The notes below the pieces were generated by a model that was not told the origin of the DNA, did not search any database, and saw nothing but the letters and a program-made list of their open reading frames with translations. Both the position numbers and the translations under genes were made by a program. A stretch of 63,942 nucleotides of DNA, counting the filler, from Chiloscyllium plagiosum (Eukaryota), in assembly GCF_004010195.1 (NCBI RefSeq). It is 4 parts of one record of this genome, joined end to end, with 100 filler letters (N's around TTAATTAATTAA, not from the genome) between each part and the next. Parts side by side here need not be neighbours in the genome. Positions count along the whole stretch, not along the records: positions 1 to 21,150 come from NC_057712.1; 3 more parts are not named here. The stretch is one strand, 5' to 3'. Positions 1 to 12,945 of this stretch are shown here, piece by piece; within the stretch, counting starts at the first letter, position 1, and every line of letters starts with the position of its first letter.

Positions 1-2209
1 TCTATGTAGCCAACAAAGAGACAGGCATAGCTGGGGCCCATACATGTGCTCATGGCTACCCCTTTGGTCTGGAGGAAGTGGGAGGATTCGAAGGAGCAAT
101 TGTTGAGGGTGAGGACCAGTTCAGCCAAATGAATGAAAGTGTCTGTGGAAGGGTACTGTAGGGGACATTGGGAGAGGAAGAAACGGAGGGCTTGGAGGCC
201 CTGGTCATGGCAGATGGAGGTGTAGAGGGATTGGATATCCATGGTGAAGATGAGGCATTGGGGGCCAGGGAAACGGAAGTCTTGGAGGAGGTGGAGGGCA
301 TGGGTGGTGTCTCGAACGTATGTGGGGAGTTCCTGGGCTGGGGGGGATAGGACAGTGTCGAGATAGATAGAGATGAGTTCAGTGGGGTAGGAGCATGCTG
401 AGACAATGGGTTGGCCAGGGTGGTCCGGCTTGTGAATCTTGGGAAGGAGGTAGAACTGGGCAGTGCGGGGTTCCCGGACTATGAGGTTGGAAGCTGTGGG
501 TGGGAGATCTCCTGAGGTGATGAGGTTCTGTATGGTCTGGGAGATGATGGTTTGGTGATGGGGATGGGGGTCATGGTCGAGGGGGCGGTAGGAGGAGGTG
601 TCTTTGAGTTGGCGTCTGGCTTCAGTGGTGTAGAGGTCAGTGCGCCAGACTACCACTGGCCCCCTTTATCCGCTGGCTTGATGGTGAGGTTGGGATTGGA
701 GCAGAGGGAGGGGAGGGCAGCGCGTTGTGAGGGTGAGAGATTGGAGTGGGGGAAGGGGGTAGACAGGTTGATGCGGTTAATGTCCCAGCAGCAGTTGGAA
801 ATGAAGAGGTCAAGGGTGGGTAATAGGTCAGCTCGGGGTGTCCAGGTGGATGGAGTGTGTTGGAAGCGGGCGAAGGGGTCTTCGGAATGTGGGCGGGAGT
901 CCTGATTGTAAAAGTAAGCTCGGAGGTGGAGGTGGCGGTAGAAGTGTTCGATGTCACGCCATGTATTAAATTCATTGATGCGTGGGTGGAGGGGGTGAAG
1001 GTGAGTCCTTTGCTGAGGACTGATCGCTTGTCCTCAGTGAGGGGAAGGTCTGGAGAGATGGTGAAAACTCAGCAGGGCTAGGAGCTGGGATCTGGTGTGG
1101 GTGTCGAGCTCGGAGTGGGGGCAGCGCCTGTAATTTGAGTGGGTGTGGTGGTGGGGGGAATGGGGGTGGAGTCATGAGCAGGAGTGGTTTTCCAGGTTCT
1201 GGAGGGCGGGGATGGTGACAGTGGGATCTGCGGGGGGGGCGTGTCAGCAGAAAGAGGTCAAGGGTGGGTAATAGGTCAGCTCGGGGTGTCCAGGTGGATG
1301 GAGTGTGTTGGAAGCGGGCGAAGGGGTCTTCGGAATGTGGGCGGGAGTCCTGATTGTAAAAGTAAGCTCGGAGGTGGAGGTGGCGGTAGAAGTGTTCGAT
1401 GTCACGCCATGTATTAAATTCATTGATGCGTGGGTGGAGGGGGTGAAGGTGAGTCCTTTGCTGAGGACTGATCGCTTGTCCTCAGTGAGGGGAAGGTCTG
1501 GAGAGATGGTGAAAACTCAGCAGGGCTAGGAGCTGGGATCTGGTGTGGGTGTCGAGCTCGGAGTGGGGGCAGCGCCTGTAATTTGAGTGGGTGTGGTGGT
1601 GGGGGGAATGGGGGTGGAGTCATGAGCAGGAGTGGTTTTCCAGGTTCTGGAGGGCGGGGATGGTGACAGTGGGATCTGCGGGGGGGGCGTGTCAGCAGAA
1701 TGCAGGTGAGTGGCATTGGTGGGGATGGAAGTGGTGGCGAACAAGGCAGTGGAGGGGGCGGAAGTCACTGAGTGTGTGACATCAACAATGATGTGAGGGG
1801 CGGAAGTGATGTCATATTTGGTGCAAGAGGAATTGTGAGAGGTGGAAGTGGCCGTGGAAGTGGCCATGATGGGGGCGGAAGTGACATCATCGATCACCGT
1901 GGGGATGGTAGCTGCATGGCTAATGGCGTCTGATCTGTTCCAGAGGCCGGGGGAATCTTCTGGAATGTTTGAAGAGTGCTGGTTATGGAGGTGGATTGAT
2001 AAAAGCTTGTTGTACTTATAGTTTTTGATGTTGAGACGGTGTTGAAATACTGTTTGTTGAGAGTATGAATTCTCCTGAGAATATAGTAAAGGAGGGGTCC
2101 TTTGCAATTCTGAGAGAGTGTGGCCCTCAGCTGAGACAGGGCTGACAGAAGAGAGGTCAGGTGCCGGCGCATTGCTGTGAGTGTGGAGTGGGGGATCTTG
2201 AAGGAAAAC
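1..2209 (-). mobile_element. Penelope-like element (Poseidon-type): N-terminal region and start of RT, 5'-truncated, running off the window
   Basis: Minus-strand translation gives FTMDIQSLYTSICHDQGL and LTLNNCSFESSHFLQTKGVAMSTCMGPSYACLFVGYIE (PLE RT motifs). The N-terminal MRRHLTSL...LYYILRRIHTLNKQYFN is shared with 47975-48576. Confidence 0.9.
804..1700. repeat. Direct tandem duplication of a 448-bp unit inside the PLE
   Basis: 804-1251 is repeated at 1252-1699; identical ORFs at 857 and 1305 (offset 448). Confidence 0.95.
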
Positions 2210-2697
2210 CTAGGAGAACCTAAATATCACTAGGACAATTTTAAAGGAGGTTATGGAATTATATCTGAAAGCTAGACCATTGCATTTAACAATTGTCAAA
2301 CTAACAAAAGAATCGGTGAATACTTGTTTAAATATCAAGTCTGCTCATGAATTACTGAAGTTTTATCAAATGATTTAAATCACTGCTGGGGAGATTTCTA
2401 GCAGTGGTATTTCATTGCATGTTGTATGTGTAGAGTACTGTTATTTTGAAAGAATTATAAGAAGGGTGCAATAGCTATAGAAAAAAAAATCATTAAGGAT
2501 GAATCCAATATCCAGAATTGTTCATTCAAAAGAGGAACTGAGCTGTGGAATAAATTACCACCGATGCAATGTGTCACAGATAATTTGGGCAATTTCTGAC
2601 GATGAAAGAATTTGAGAGATATGATAAAGAGACGAGTGGATGGGCTTGAAGGAAATTCCAGTTAATTTATCAACAAATTTGAACTAGCTTTATTGTC

Positions 2698-2792
2698 AAG
2701 AGACAATAGGTGCAGGAGTAGGCCCTTCGAGTCTGCACCACCATTCATTATGATCATGGCTGATCATCCTCAATCAGTATCCTGTTCCTGCC
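2698..2792 (-). mobile_element. Short CR1 3'-end fragment with 8-bp TSD
   Basis: TTATTGTC at 2690-2697 and 2793-2800. The sequence resembles the CR1 tails at 26150 and 55548. Confidence 0.7.
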
Positions 2793-2800
2793 TTATTGTC

Positions 2801-3010
2801 TCTGTCATGTACTGAAATGAGTGCAGTGAAATGCTTACAAGGCACCACTAATGGCGCCATTTTAGGCACAAAGGTACCTAAGTATAGATTCTGAAGTACA
2901 AATTCTTAAGGAAAACAAAAATTAGTAAAATAAAGAAATAAAAATTCCAGCATGACAGTTGTTAGGCAAAAAAAGACAAAACTAAAGAAATAAAAAGTTT
3001 AGAATAAGAG
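2801..3010 (-). repeat. Unclassified interspersed repeat; second copy at about 7195-7360
   Basis: Shared blocks GAGTGCAGTG, CCAT.TT.GG.ACAAA.GTACC and AAAATAAA.GAAATAAAAA in both copies. Confidence 0.55.
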
Positions 3011-6000
3011 TCCTTCCAACCCTGTTCACTGCACTGGGCTTCTCCTCAAGAATCTTGAGGCTGGGAGATCACTCTGGAATCATCCTGAAGCTGCAAGCTC
3101 ATGCTGGGACAAATGACGCTGTGCCAGGCCGCTGAGAGAATATCACGCAAGAAGATATTTACTTCAACCAAATGGATTTTATTCTCTTTCCTTTTTTTTA
3201 TATATAAGAGGTACCAAATTATTTTGTGTTTCAAAATTCATACATGGAACTTGGGCATCACTAGCTGGGCCAACATTCCTTGCCTAACTCTAATTACCAT
3301 TGAGAAGATGGTGATGAGCTGCCTTCCTGAACTCTGCAATCCATGGCAGGATGGTGCACTCCGACTTAGGAAAGGTTATCTAGAATTTTGATCCAATGAC
3401 AGTGAAGGAATGACAAAATAAATCCTTGGTTAGTAATTCTCCCATTAGCTGCTTTTAAAAAATGTTGTAAAACATATTTTGTGTCATTATTTTAAGCAAA
3501 TAACTATCTGATGTGACGTCTGCTACACTTTTACGAAAACACAACTGTTAGCTCAACAAAGATATAACTCACAGTTGGTGATATGATCAAGTGAGTGCTT
3601 AACACATCTGTGTGGTAATTCCTCTGTGAATTCTTTTGAACTAATATTTTTTACAAGTTAAAGTAGCAAAAACAGCATAGTGGAACAGAATTAAATGGAT
3701 GAATGGCCAATTTGTGTTTCTATGTGACATGTTGGCATCCAATATTCTTTTGGTAATTTTGTGAAACATAATTTTTTCGCATTTGAACTCAAAAGTACCA
3801 ATACCATGTTAGATCAGGACTCTATTGAGAGATCTTGCTCAAAACACAAATGCATTGCTTCTTTTGCAGGTGCCAATAAACTGTGTATTTCAAGCATCTT
3901 CTATTTTTGCTACTGCTTTTTCAATTGGACTATTTCCAGAGCCAGCAGTCATTTAAGAGATAATTGGTTGATACATATACGCACATTAAAACAATAATTA
4001 AATCAGTTCATGTTGAATGAACTACACGCATTAACCACCTACCACTGAATTATACATGGAAAAGGAAAATAAATACTGACAACAGACTCAGCTTTCATCC
4101 CAGTGAAAAGTCCTGTAAGAATGCACACTGGAAGGAAGTAGAGAAAACTACTGACATGCGCCATTCCACATAAAAGCCACAGGCAATTTCCATTCTTAAT
4201 TGAACTAATTTATTACAATGGTTACATGACGTACTGAGACAGAACAAGATTTGTAGATAATATAGTCTATGGAGCATGATCCCAGAGCTGAATGCAAAAT
4301 TAGACATGTGAATATGAAAGCACAGTATTTGTGCTGGTGCAGCTATGATTATATTTTATGTGGAGGCAGCTCACCACCACCTTATAAGGTCAAACAGAGA
4401 CAGGTAATAAATGCTGGCCCAGCCCATGACACCCAGATCCTGTGAATGATTAAAAAAGATTCTTCCATTTAATCAACTTTTATCATTACTTCAACGTAAA
4501 TGGTGAGTAGCTAGAAATTAAAATGTCATGTTTCATGTCAGTTTATAAAAAGATGGATGCAAACCATAGAATTTCATTCGACTAGAATTCTGTTTTTCTG
4601 AGTTTTCTTGTCGCTTTCTATCAGCCTACACTTCCATTATTCTTCAGCTTCACTTTTCTGTTGCTAGTTGTTAACATTGGGCTGAATTTCGAAGGCTAGC
4701 CGCAGGTGGGAAGGCAGGTGGCTGGGGGCTGCGGGGGGCAGGGCCAAGATGCCCTGTCACTAGTGTCATGCATGCCCTACCCACAACCACTGTCACTAAC
4801 CAAAGTACCCCGCGCCCTGCACCACCCACAACACCTCTCCAAGGAAAACGATGATTTAAGTTACTGGAGGAGAATGCTTTCTCCACACAGCCCAGAGGAG
4901 GACATTAAAGTGTTAATTCTTACCCAGAGGAATCAACCTGCCTCGGCTCTTGTTTAATGGGCAGTGAGAAAGGCCAGTGCTCATTGTGCAGTTGGCTGAT
5001 TTAACCCTACAGACTGTTGACTAGTTAGAATGGGCATTTCCAGATGCCAACAAAGGTTCCTCCCAACAGATTGCTTCCTAATATCCAGCCTCTTTGCCTG
5101 CCCCCTTGCCCAGTGCATTAGACCCTCACCTCTTTTGCAGGTGGCTATCAGCCTGGCCTGAAATATGAGGGTGCATCTTGAGATGTTTGAAGATGTTTGG
5201 CATATCTGCCATCCTGGCAGCAGCGAAGTGGAGGCAGTCTCACCCCCGGCATTTATGCTGGGTGCTGGGGAGCGCTGCTTCAGTGTAAAGTCCTCAATGC
5301 AGAAGGAATTTAGAAATGTTTACTTTTCAAAATAGTGCAGAAGTAATTTAGTTTTTATTCTGAAAGGTTAGGGGTGAGTTTTTACCACAACCTAAGCAGC
5401 GGTGTGAAGTGCTTTAAGACACTGCAGTTGCATGGGTCAATCTCAAGGTGTACAAAACCTAAAGTTACATGTATTTGAAACTCCAGGCAGCATGGTTGTC
5501 ATGCTCTAGCATGTAGTAACTGTGCAAACCGATTCATACTCATGCAAGAATACAGCCAGAATCTGGGGTCAGACTGTAATTGACATCAGACTGAAGTACA
5601 GCTTACTTCACTCTGCTTTGCTGTAGAATCAGTTTGGATCTAAACATGTTACATATGGGGCATGAATTTTGAGTCAGTGTGAAAAGAAAATCATTTCCAA
5701 TGGACCACTAAACTAAATGCTTCCAAAAAATCTTTGAGTTGTTTTGCATATAAATGCAAGTTGTTCCTGCTATCATAGCATTGTATCCTTATAGAATATC
5801 TTTATGTGAAAATGTTTTCATGAAAATAAAACAGATATTGCACCAGCAATGGATATGTAAATTCTATTTTTTTTTAGTGTGTTTTTAGTATCACTCTGTG
5901 CAAGAGAATTGAGGGTGAATGAGCACAGTGAGATCAGAAGCTTTAAAAAGCTATTTTCAACCTCTCCACAATGCTGCTGCAGGGTGAGAACATAGTGATT

Positions 6001-7867
6001 TTAAGGACTCCCATTCAATCAGTAGCCTAAGGCTTCCTCTTTATTATTGGATTTCTTGACATGTAGAGAGCAGCACATTATCATTGTTTGAGCTTGGACA
6101 GGGCTCCATGTAATAGCAGTCAAACAAAAATCAAAGCTAAATGAGACTTTTTTTGCAAGAAATCAAATTGCTTTTAGAACAGAATTCTAGCTGTGAATAC
6201 ACCCTAATGCTTCTCAACCTCAAATTGTTCTTTCAAAAAGTACTTCTGGCAACAATCCATACCAAATGAGAATTGCATCAATTAATCTGCAGCTTGGCTT
6301 TCTCTATTGCTGCTTTTGTGCTTTTGGGAGTGTTTTCTGAAGAAAGGATGTAAGCTGGTAGAATAGGCAGTCACATTGTGATTAATGCTTAAAATAATGG
6401 AAATAGCAAGAACAACAAGAATATTTGTTGCATTAATGGTCCTTACTGTGTGAAAATCCAGTTCTAAACACACAGTATAAAGCATATAAATTAGGAGAGG
6501 AATAGGCTATTTAGCCCGTGAAGCCTGTTTTCCAAATCAATAAAATCATCGCTGATCTGGTTGTGGCTTCAACTCCACTTACCCCTATACTGTCTGACTC
6601 CGTTGTTGGTCTCTCTCCACCTTGATATGCATTGGATATTTTCTTGCAGTGAGTTATCATTAAATCAACTGCATATCCTGTCAGATTATTTATTAATAAT
6701 TGGAAAAGCTAATGCAAGTACAATAATAATGTATGTTTTAAACACTAGAAAAGCTTCTAATCTATATTCAAATTCATTGTTTACCCTCCTTTACTTATGT
6801 GACAACAAACTGATATTTTTGATACTAAATAAAAACTGAAAGAACTGAAAGATATTTTTGATGTTTGCACTGCATCCACATAATATGACAACACATCTGT
6901 CTCTGATTATCATCTTTCATCTCATAATACAGCACTGTGCAGTGACTATGCCAGTGAGGAAGATCTCAGTTTGCAAAAAAGCATAAGAAACCTTTTTCTA
7001 AATCTTAGATTTGATACTGTAGCATATTAACAGGACTGGATTCAATATGCATAATGGAGATCTCCAGTTTTTCTTTTTACAAATACTTATTGTACAAGTG
7101 TTATTGTGTTCATTAGTGGATAAGTCGATATTTATTGTTCATTCCTTCAGTGAACATGAGACAAAATGTGAAGTCAAGAAAAGAATGCAGAGTGAATTAA
7201 AATTAGAATTAGCTTTACTCTTGAGTGCAGTGCAAAGTCTACAAGTCGTCACTTATTGCACCATCTTGGGTACAAATGTACCGAGGTAGAGATTCTTAGG
7301 GGGAAAAAATAGAAAATAAAAGAAATAAAAAGCCCTGTACTACAGACCTTCCACAATAATAAAGTGAAGGAAAACAAAAAACTGGCTTTAGGTATAGTTG
7401 TCTGCAGTCACTGGAGTTATTTTACATTTTCCATATTAGGTTGAAGTTGTAGTTATCCAAAATATATTTAATTAAATAATTGAATCAAAAATTTCTATAT
7501 CTAAGGTTAAGTGATTAGAAGTTAGATTTTCATGTGTCTGATCTGTTAATGAGGAATTAACCAGTTTCGATGAAAAAATCACTTTTGTGAAATGATTTCT
7601 CTAGAACTACAGAGACAATATCCATGTGAATACTCCTCACAGTACATACCTATTTTCCAGAAAATAATCACTTCTAGTATTTTTACACCTTACCGCTGAT
7701 TATAAGCATTTGCTGGGTTTTGAATTACAAAATCATATTGTGCACACATCGCTATCAATGAGCAAAGCTTGGAGACTTCATCATATGCACCTTCCTTGAT
7801 AGCAATCATGGTTTTGTCGGAATGTAAGTAATAACCACATACAGCGAGTTCATATAGTCTTACTTAC

Positions 7868-8077
7868 TCCTGCTCTCTGGACTTCCATAAATATTGCTCT
7901 CTGGAAGGTTTTCTCCCAAACTGCAAGGTCGCTGCCCATCTCAACACAGAAATAATGGTTCTCGCCTTGACCCGCCAGAACACTGAAACCGTATGGCCTC
8001 TGGTCTTGAAGCTCACAGTCCTGATGAAGACCTAAACATAAGTTTGCTTGAAGCCAGCATTCATCAGCAAGCCAGAG
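7868..8077 (-). CDS. SNTG2: SNTG2 internal exon, 210 nt, LWLADECWLQANLCLG...WEKTFQRAIFMEVQRAG
   Basis: Lies within ORF 7850..8146. CAG acceptor (8078-8080) and GTAAGT donor (7862-7867); 70 codons. The CWLQANL.LGL segment is SNTG2-type rather than SNTG1-type. Confidence 0.95.
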
Positions 8078-8674
8078 CTGTAAAATATTCTGCAGTAGAT
8101 TATCTTCAAGCCATTTAACCTGAGACAGATAATGTCTAGAATACACTTTAAATAGCCATTGCTAACCAAAGATTATGGGGAAACATTTCTTTAAGAAAAT
8201 TGTAGCATAATGAAGTATCCTAAAAGTATTCTGTTTCAAACATATGTGCTTCACTAAAGTATGGTTGATATGGTCTCAATGTGCAAGTGCATATTTGAAA
8301 AATGCAATGTCAGAAGGGAAATTAAAAGCACTTTCATGGTGCACAAACTTAATTTGTTCATCAATCTCATTATATTATGAAATAATTTGTTAAATGTTAA
8401 GGAATACAAATTTAGTTAACTATCTTGAGTTTAGTAATGTATAACCAAATGTCAGATTAACTGGAACAGAAAGGCTGTCAATCAGATTAATTTTCTAGAA
8501 TTATACCAAGGAAATGAATATCCAATGTACGTTGAATGTCAAACATAGAATAGGAGTATTTCAAAATGAGCAGCAGTTGTAGCTTTTTGTACAGAACGTT
8601 TAAAGTGTAGATTTGATCTTGTCCTCGACATTGAATAGTGAATGGACTCTCAAACTCTTAGCATTCACTTATAC

Positions 8675-8818
8675 CTGTGTTTTGGTTTTTGCAGCTGTCT
8701 ACTTATTTACTTATCTATGCTATTTAACTCTGTGATCTGCCTGTATTGCTCGCAAGACAAAGCTTTTCACTGTGCCCTAATACACGTGACAATAAATTCA
8801 ATACAAATTCAAATTTAA
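8675..8818 (+). mobile_element. LINE 3' tail (Rex1/Babar- or L2-like)
   Basis: Ends AAAGCTTTTCACTGT...CACGTGACAATAAA followed by short ATTCAA-type repeats. Confidence 0.5.
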
Positions 8819-9470
8819 ATCATGTAAATGAGATTTGAATGCAAATAAATATAAGGAAGCATTCAGCTTGTTGTCTGTCTTTTTTAACTGAGTTCAAAGG
8901 AAAAGATCTGTTTTAGATGATTTGATAGAGAGGATATTGCAAAAAGATAAATTTCAGGCACAGGTTACATCTAGCCCCAGTCACATTTCATTGATGTTTT
9001 GCATTTTAAATCCTATTTTCTGGAAGTTAGGCTTGGCCACAAAACTAATCCTACCCCCCCAAATGAGTTAATCACCTTGACAAATTTCTGCTATTCACAC
9101 CCCATTATGGGCCTTCAAGGAAGATCCTAATATTAAGTTTTCCTTCAAATACAGTGGCACTAATATGCACCTTTTAAATCTTTAAAAGTATAGTAAAGAA
9201 TATTCAATTTATTTAAAAAACTCACCATCATATGCAAATGCAACTAATGAGTGATGCTGCATAGTTTATTTTAAAATAAGTTTTACTTTTTAAAACCAAT
9301 TAATTCACAGGGAAGATTACTTTTTTTTTGGTGAGAACCTAAGAATGTAATTATAGCCTAAAAGGTTGTGTGAATATTTAAGTTTGCAACAGGTAAAATG
9401 TGTAACCATTGGATCTAAAGTTTGCAGAAAAGCATTTTAAGACATTATCAATGTATGCAGTGTACCTTTA

Positions 9471-9677
9471 TTAGATTAGATTGAATTCCCTACAGTATGG
9501 AAACAGGTCCTTCAGCCCAACAAGTCCACATCGACCGTCTGAAGTGTAACACAGCCCCTACCCTATATTTACTCCTGACCAATGCACCTAACACTTTGGG
9601 CAATTTAGCATGGCCAATTCACCTGACCTGTACATCTTTTGGATTGTGGGAGGAAACCTGAGCGCCCAGAGGAAACC
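9471..9677 (-). mobile_element. HE1-type SINE, 3' part
   Basis: Reverse complement of the SINE core (GGCCAATTCACCTGACCTG, GGGAGGAAACC) and TTAGA tail repeats. Confidence 0.85.
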
Positions 9678-10323
9678 TTAATCTTAAATGAGATTGGTAC
9701 CATTTCCTCCTATCTTTAGTGGTCAAACAATGTCAGGGATGTAAGTTCTATTCATGAACCTGCCTGAGCTCTTTCATTAAAAACAATCTAATGAGTTGAG
9801 CAAAATAGTACTTGGGTTTCTTTATCAAGGAAAAGCCTTTTTTTTTCAACATTGGACAAAGTATGGCTGCAAGTGCATAAAATGACTAAATGTAGTATAT
9901 GGATAATCACAGAGATAGAAGCTCCCATGTACATCATTCGGTCTCCAAAATGTCATCAATTTTGATCTTTTAAACAATTTCATCATCTTCTTATAAAATG
10001 GTAACCTGCCATCTCAAAACTAAAGATTTTAATAGCCAGAGCAAATAAGTAGTTTAAACTTTCATCAGTACAATAGCACCTCCAACAATGCAACACCGTC
10101 AGAGTGGTGTTCAAACCTGGATCACTGATCCTGTGCCCTTGTGACTCAGAAGTAAAAATACAGGAACTGAACAGCCAAAACATGAAACCTTCTAATTTTC
10201 ATATTTCGATCGCTGCACACAATATATGTCTAAATCATCCAAGATATAAATTTTAGCCTGTTATTCAATGCTTTGCATTTTTGCCTGAATAGTTTGATTT
10301 CATTGCCAGACAAAGAGAGTTAC

Positions 10324-10395
10324 CTTGTGAACTTTACAAAGAATCTCACAGAGGTTGTAGATTTTTTCAGCCCACAGCCAGTCACGAATGCTGAC
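10324..10395 (-). CDS. SNTG2: SNTG2 internal exon, 72 nt, VSIRDWLWAEKIYNLCEILCKVHK
   Basis: T-rich tract plus TAG acceptor (10396-10398) and GTAAC donor (10319-10323); 24 codons. Similar to SNTG2 VSTFDWVRAERTYHLCEVLFKVHK. Confidence 0.95.
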
Positions 10396-10765
10396 CTATA
10401 AAAATAAAAAAAACTGTTAAAATTATAATGTCGTGGACAAAATTATGGCTCAGTTATTATTGTGAATTATCCAGTTAGTGCTATGCTAGTTTTAAAAACT
10501 GGCTTGTTGTAGATTGGGTAACTCTTAAATTCAACTCTTAAATCGGATGCATTTTATCACGATTTGTATTTTGGGCCCTAAATTAACCATTGACGTTTTG
10601 TAGCAAGTCTGTCACCAAGTAACATGATTAATTCAATACTTTCGATCTGCTGGACACTGTAGCAATGGGAGAAAAATCAAATGCAGTGAATAGGGTGCCA
10701 GTGTAGAATTGTGAATAGGGTTAGAGGATATTAAGCGAGGTTGAAAAGATAGAAACTTAGAAAAT

Positions 10766-10902
10766 GTTTTGATTTGGAGGTGCCGGTGTTGGACTGGGGC
10801 ATACAAAATTAAAAATCAGTCCCCTGCTGAAGGAGCAGCGCTCCAAAAGCCAATGTTTCCAAATAAACTTGTTGGACTATAACCTGGTGTTGTGTGATTT
10901 TT
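10766..10902 (+). mobile_element. PLE-end module, family B: inverted tip plus degenerate hammerhead, 12-bp TSD
   Basis: AACTTAGAAAAT at 10754-10765 and 10903-10914. CTGCTGA-A-GGAGC-AGC-GCTCC-AAAAG-CCA is a mutated hammerhead core. TTAAAAATCA is inverted relative to TGATTTTTAA. Confidence 0.7.
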
Positions 10903-11619
10903 AACTTAGAAAATATTTGATACAGAAAGATGTTATTTAACTCATCTTGTTTGTCCTGGCCAACAAATGATTCTGATATGCAAGTAGCCATACCAACCAT
11001 TCAAAGTAGCCAGGATGGTGAATTATTGGGTTGTGAGTACATCAACAGATAAAGTGTCATTCATACAAAACCCCAGTGCTTCTGGTCAATAAGCAGCACA
11101 ACTGTAGCTGGCATTGATTTAATGGGAAAAGGATGGGGCTTCGGAAGTATTCAAACTGAAGAAGTTAATGCTAAATAGGTGTGGTTTTGTGATTTGTTAA
11201 TTCATTTTGAGTTGTCCTACAATGGCTGTCCTACACAGTGCTCTCCACTGTGTCCCAATCTCCTGTTAGTTCCCCTTGACCTTAATTTGTATCTTTGTTT
11301 AATGTGTACCAATTTCCCTAAAACTGTTTCCACCACCCTACAGACACCACATTCTAGAACCCAATTGCTCATTGACGAGAATCACCTCTGCTCCTTGATG
11401 TTTTAATACATTATCTTTGTAAGAGTCCATGTATTCCTATTTTTGAACAATGGCTTAGAAATGAGAAAAATGGACATGACTTTTTCAAAAAGAGAAGAAT
11501 GTGGAAGAAATTTTCCACAATTTGTAAAAACAAGCAACATTAATTTGAGTCCAGATGAACTAGTTTCATTTGTTATAGGGGTCACGAAGAGCTTAGCAAT
11601 AGAAACAAGCCTCTGATTG

Positions 11620-11749
11620 AAACCATTATAAATGCCGGAGGAAACATCACAGAAGCGCTTCACAGGAGGCTCCCAAGCACTGAGGATGTCACCTAGATAG
11701 GGGACGAAACGTCTGCAACACAAATTCCCAGCTCGGCAAACAGAACCAC
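11620..11749 (+). mobile_element. PLE-end module, family C, 130 bp with 16-bp TSD
   Basis: AACAAGCCTCTGATTG at 11604-11619 and 11750-11765; contains a hammerhead core. Confidence 0.8.
11677..11716 (+). ncRNA. Minimal type-I hammerhead ribozyme motif, intact core
   Basis: GCA-CTGAGGA-T-GTCACCT(AGAT)AGGGGAC-GAAA-C-GTC-TGC. Stem I is GCA/TGC, stem II has one mismatch, helix III is the palindrome ACGT, and the cleavage triplet is GUC. Confidence 0.8.
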
Positions 11750-12607
11750 AACAAGCCTCTGATTGGTCAGGCTGCAGTTTAACACAGAATCTGAAAGAGG
11801 AATGAAAACAAAGAAGCGAGGAAACCTCCAGGAGCAGGTTGCAACTATTTGTAATGATTGTAAAGCGGTCATCCAGGTGGACCTCAGAGATGACATCCCC
11901 GATTGGATCAGGTGTACTGCCCCAATCAGGGAGCCCAGGCTGATAGATAAGAACAGCAGTGTCAGACATCCTGTTCTTTCTGACAGCTGTCTCTGAGGGG
12001 TCTGGGCCAATTTCACAGACTCTCCACAAGTAAATAAGCATGATTTGGGTGACAGGATGCCAGCTTCTGTAGAGTTATTTCAACCCTCTTTCACTTTTTG
12101 CTGGAAAGTTACATTTTCTAATTGTCTGCCAAAAGATCAGAAAAATTACATTCGGAGATGAAGAAATATAAAATTCTAAAATCCAATGGAAAAAGACAGG
12201 CCCTGAATCCAACTAATTAACCACTGGACTGAAGACTGATTGTCAGTGTGCAGACAACATCGAGTCATCATTGAAGATTCACCAAGATTGTGAAACACTC
12301 CATCCAGCTTTGTGTTTTGGATTGGCGGGAAAGAATTGTATTTGGCTGACTATTTATTTTCCCTCCACTCATTATGAGTTTTGTGTGTGAGAATTTTAAA
12401 AAAGGTGAAGTTTCAGATGCAAATGTTATACATTCTTTCATTTTATTGTTCTTACTGAAGTTAAGCTTGTTCCAATAAACGTACTGATTTTTACTTTTAC
12501 TGAAGGATGTTGGTGTGGTTTGTTTTCATCCTGCATAACACTCATTCAGAAGCAAATTTGGTAGTTTGATTAAATCTTCATATTCTTGGTGACTCCAGGA
12601 TAAGGAA

Positions 12608-12945
12608 GGGGCAGCACAGTGGCTAAGTGGTTAGCACTGTTGCCTTACAGCACCAGGGATCCGGATTAGATTGCTGCCTAGGGTGACTGACTGTGTGGAG
12701 TTTGCACATTCTTCCTGTGTCTGTGTGTGTTTCCTCCCACAATCAAAAGATGTGCAGGTTAGGTGAATTGGCCATGCTAATTTGCCCATGGTGTTCAGCG
12801 ATTTGTAGATTAGGTGCATTAGTCTGGGGTAATGCTGAATAGTCAGGGAATGGGTCTGGCTGGGTTACTCTTTGGAGGGTTGGCGTGGACTTGTTGGGCC
12901 AAATGGTCTGTTTCCACACTGTAAGGATTCTAATTCTAATTCAAT
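12608..12945 (+). mobile_element. HE1-type tRNA-derived SINE
   Basis: tRNA-like head GTGGCTAAGTGGTTAGCAC (A box), conserved core, CR1-like 3' end and TCTAAT tail. Confidence 0.9.

Larger units (their letters stand above)
11571..12082 (+). mobile_element. Probable solo LTR (Gypsy-like) hosting the PLE module
   Basis: TG...TTATTTCA ends with TATA-like and AATAA-like signals. No TSD found, so boundaries are uncertain. Confidence 0.4.

Noticed and set aside
552..1779. Repeated Gly-, Pro- and Val-rich ORFs
   Set aside because: These are antisense or off-frame readings of the PLE and its tandem duplication.
11403..12041. 212-aa minus-strand ORF as a gene
   Set aside because: It crosses an LTR-like repeat and a TSD-flanked insertion, has no recognisable domain, and has no supporting splice structure.
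12608..12690. tRNA-like sequences at the SINE heads as tRNA genes
   Set aside because: They continue into the SINE core and CR1-like tail and do not form a complete cloverleaf.
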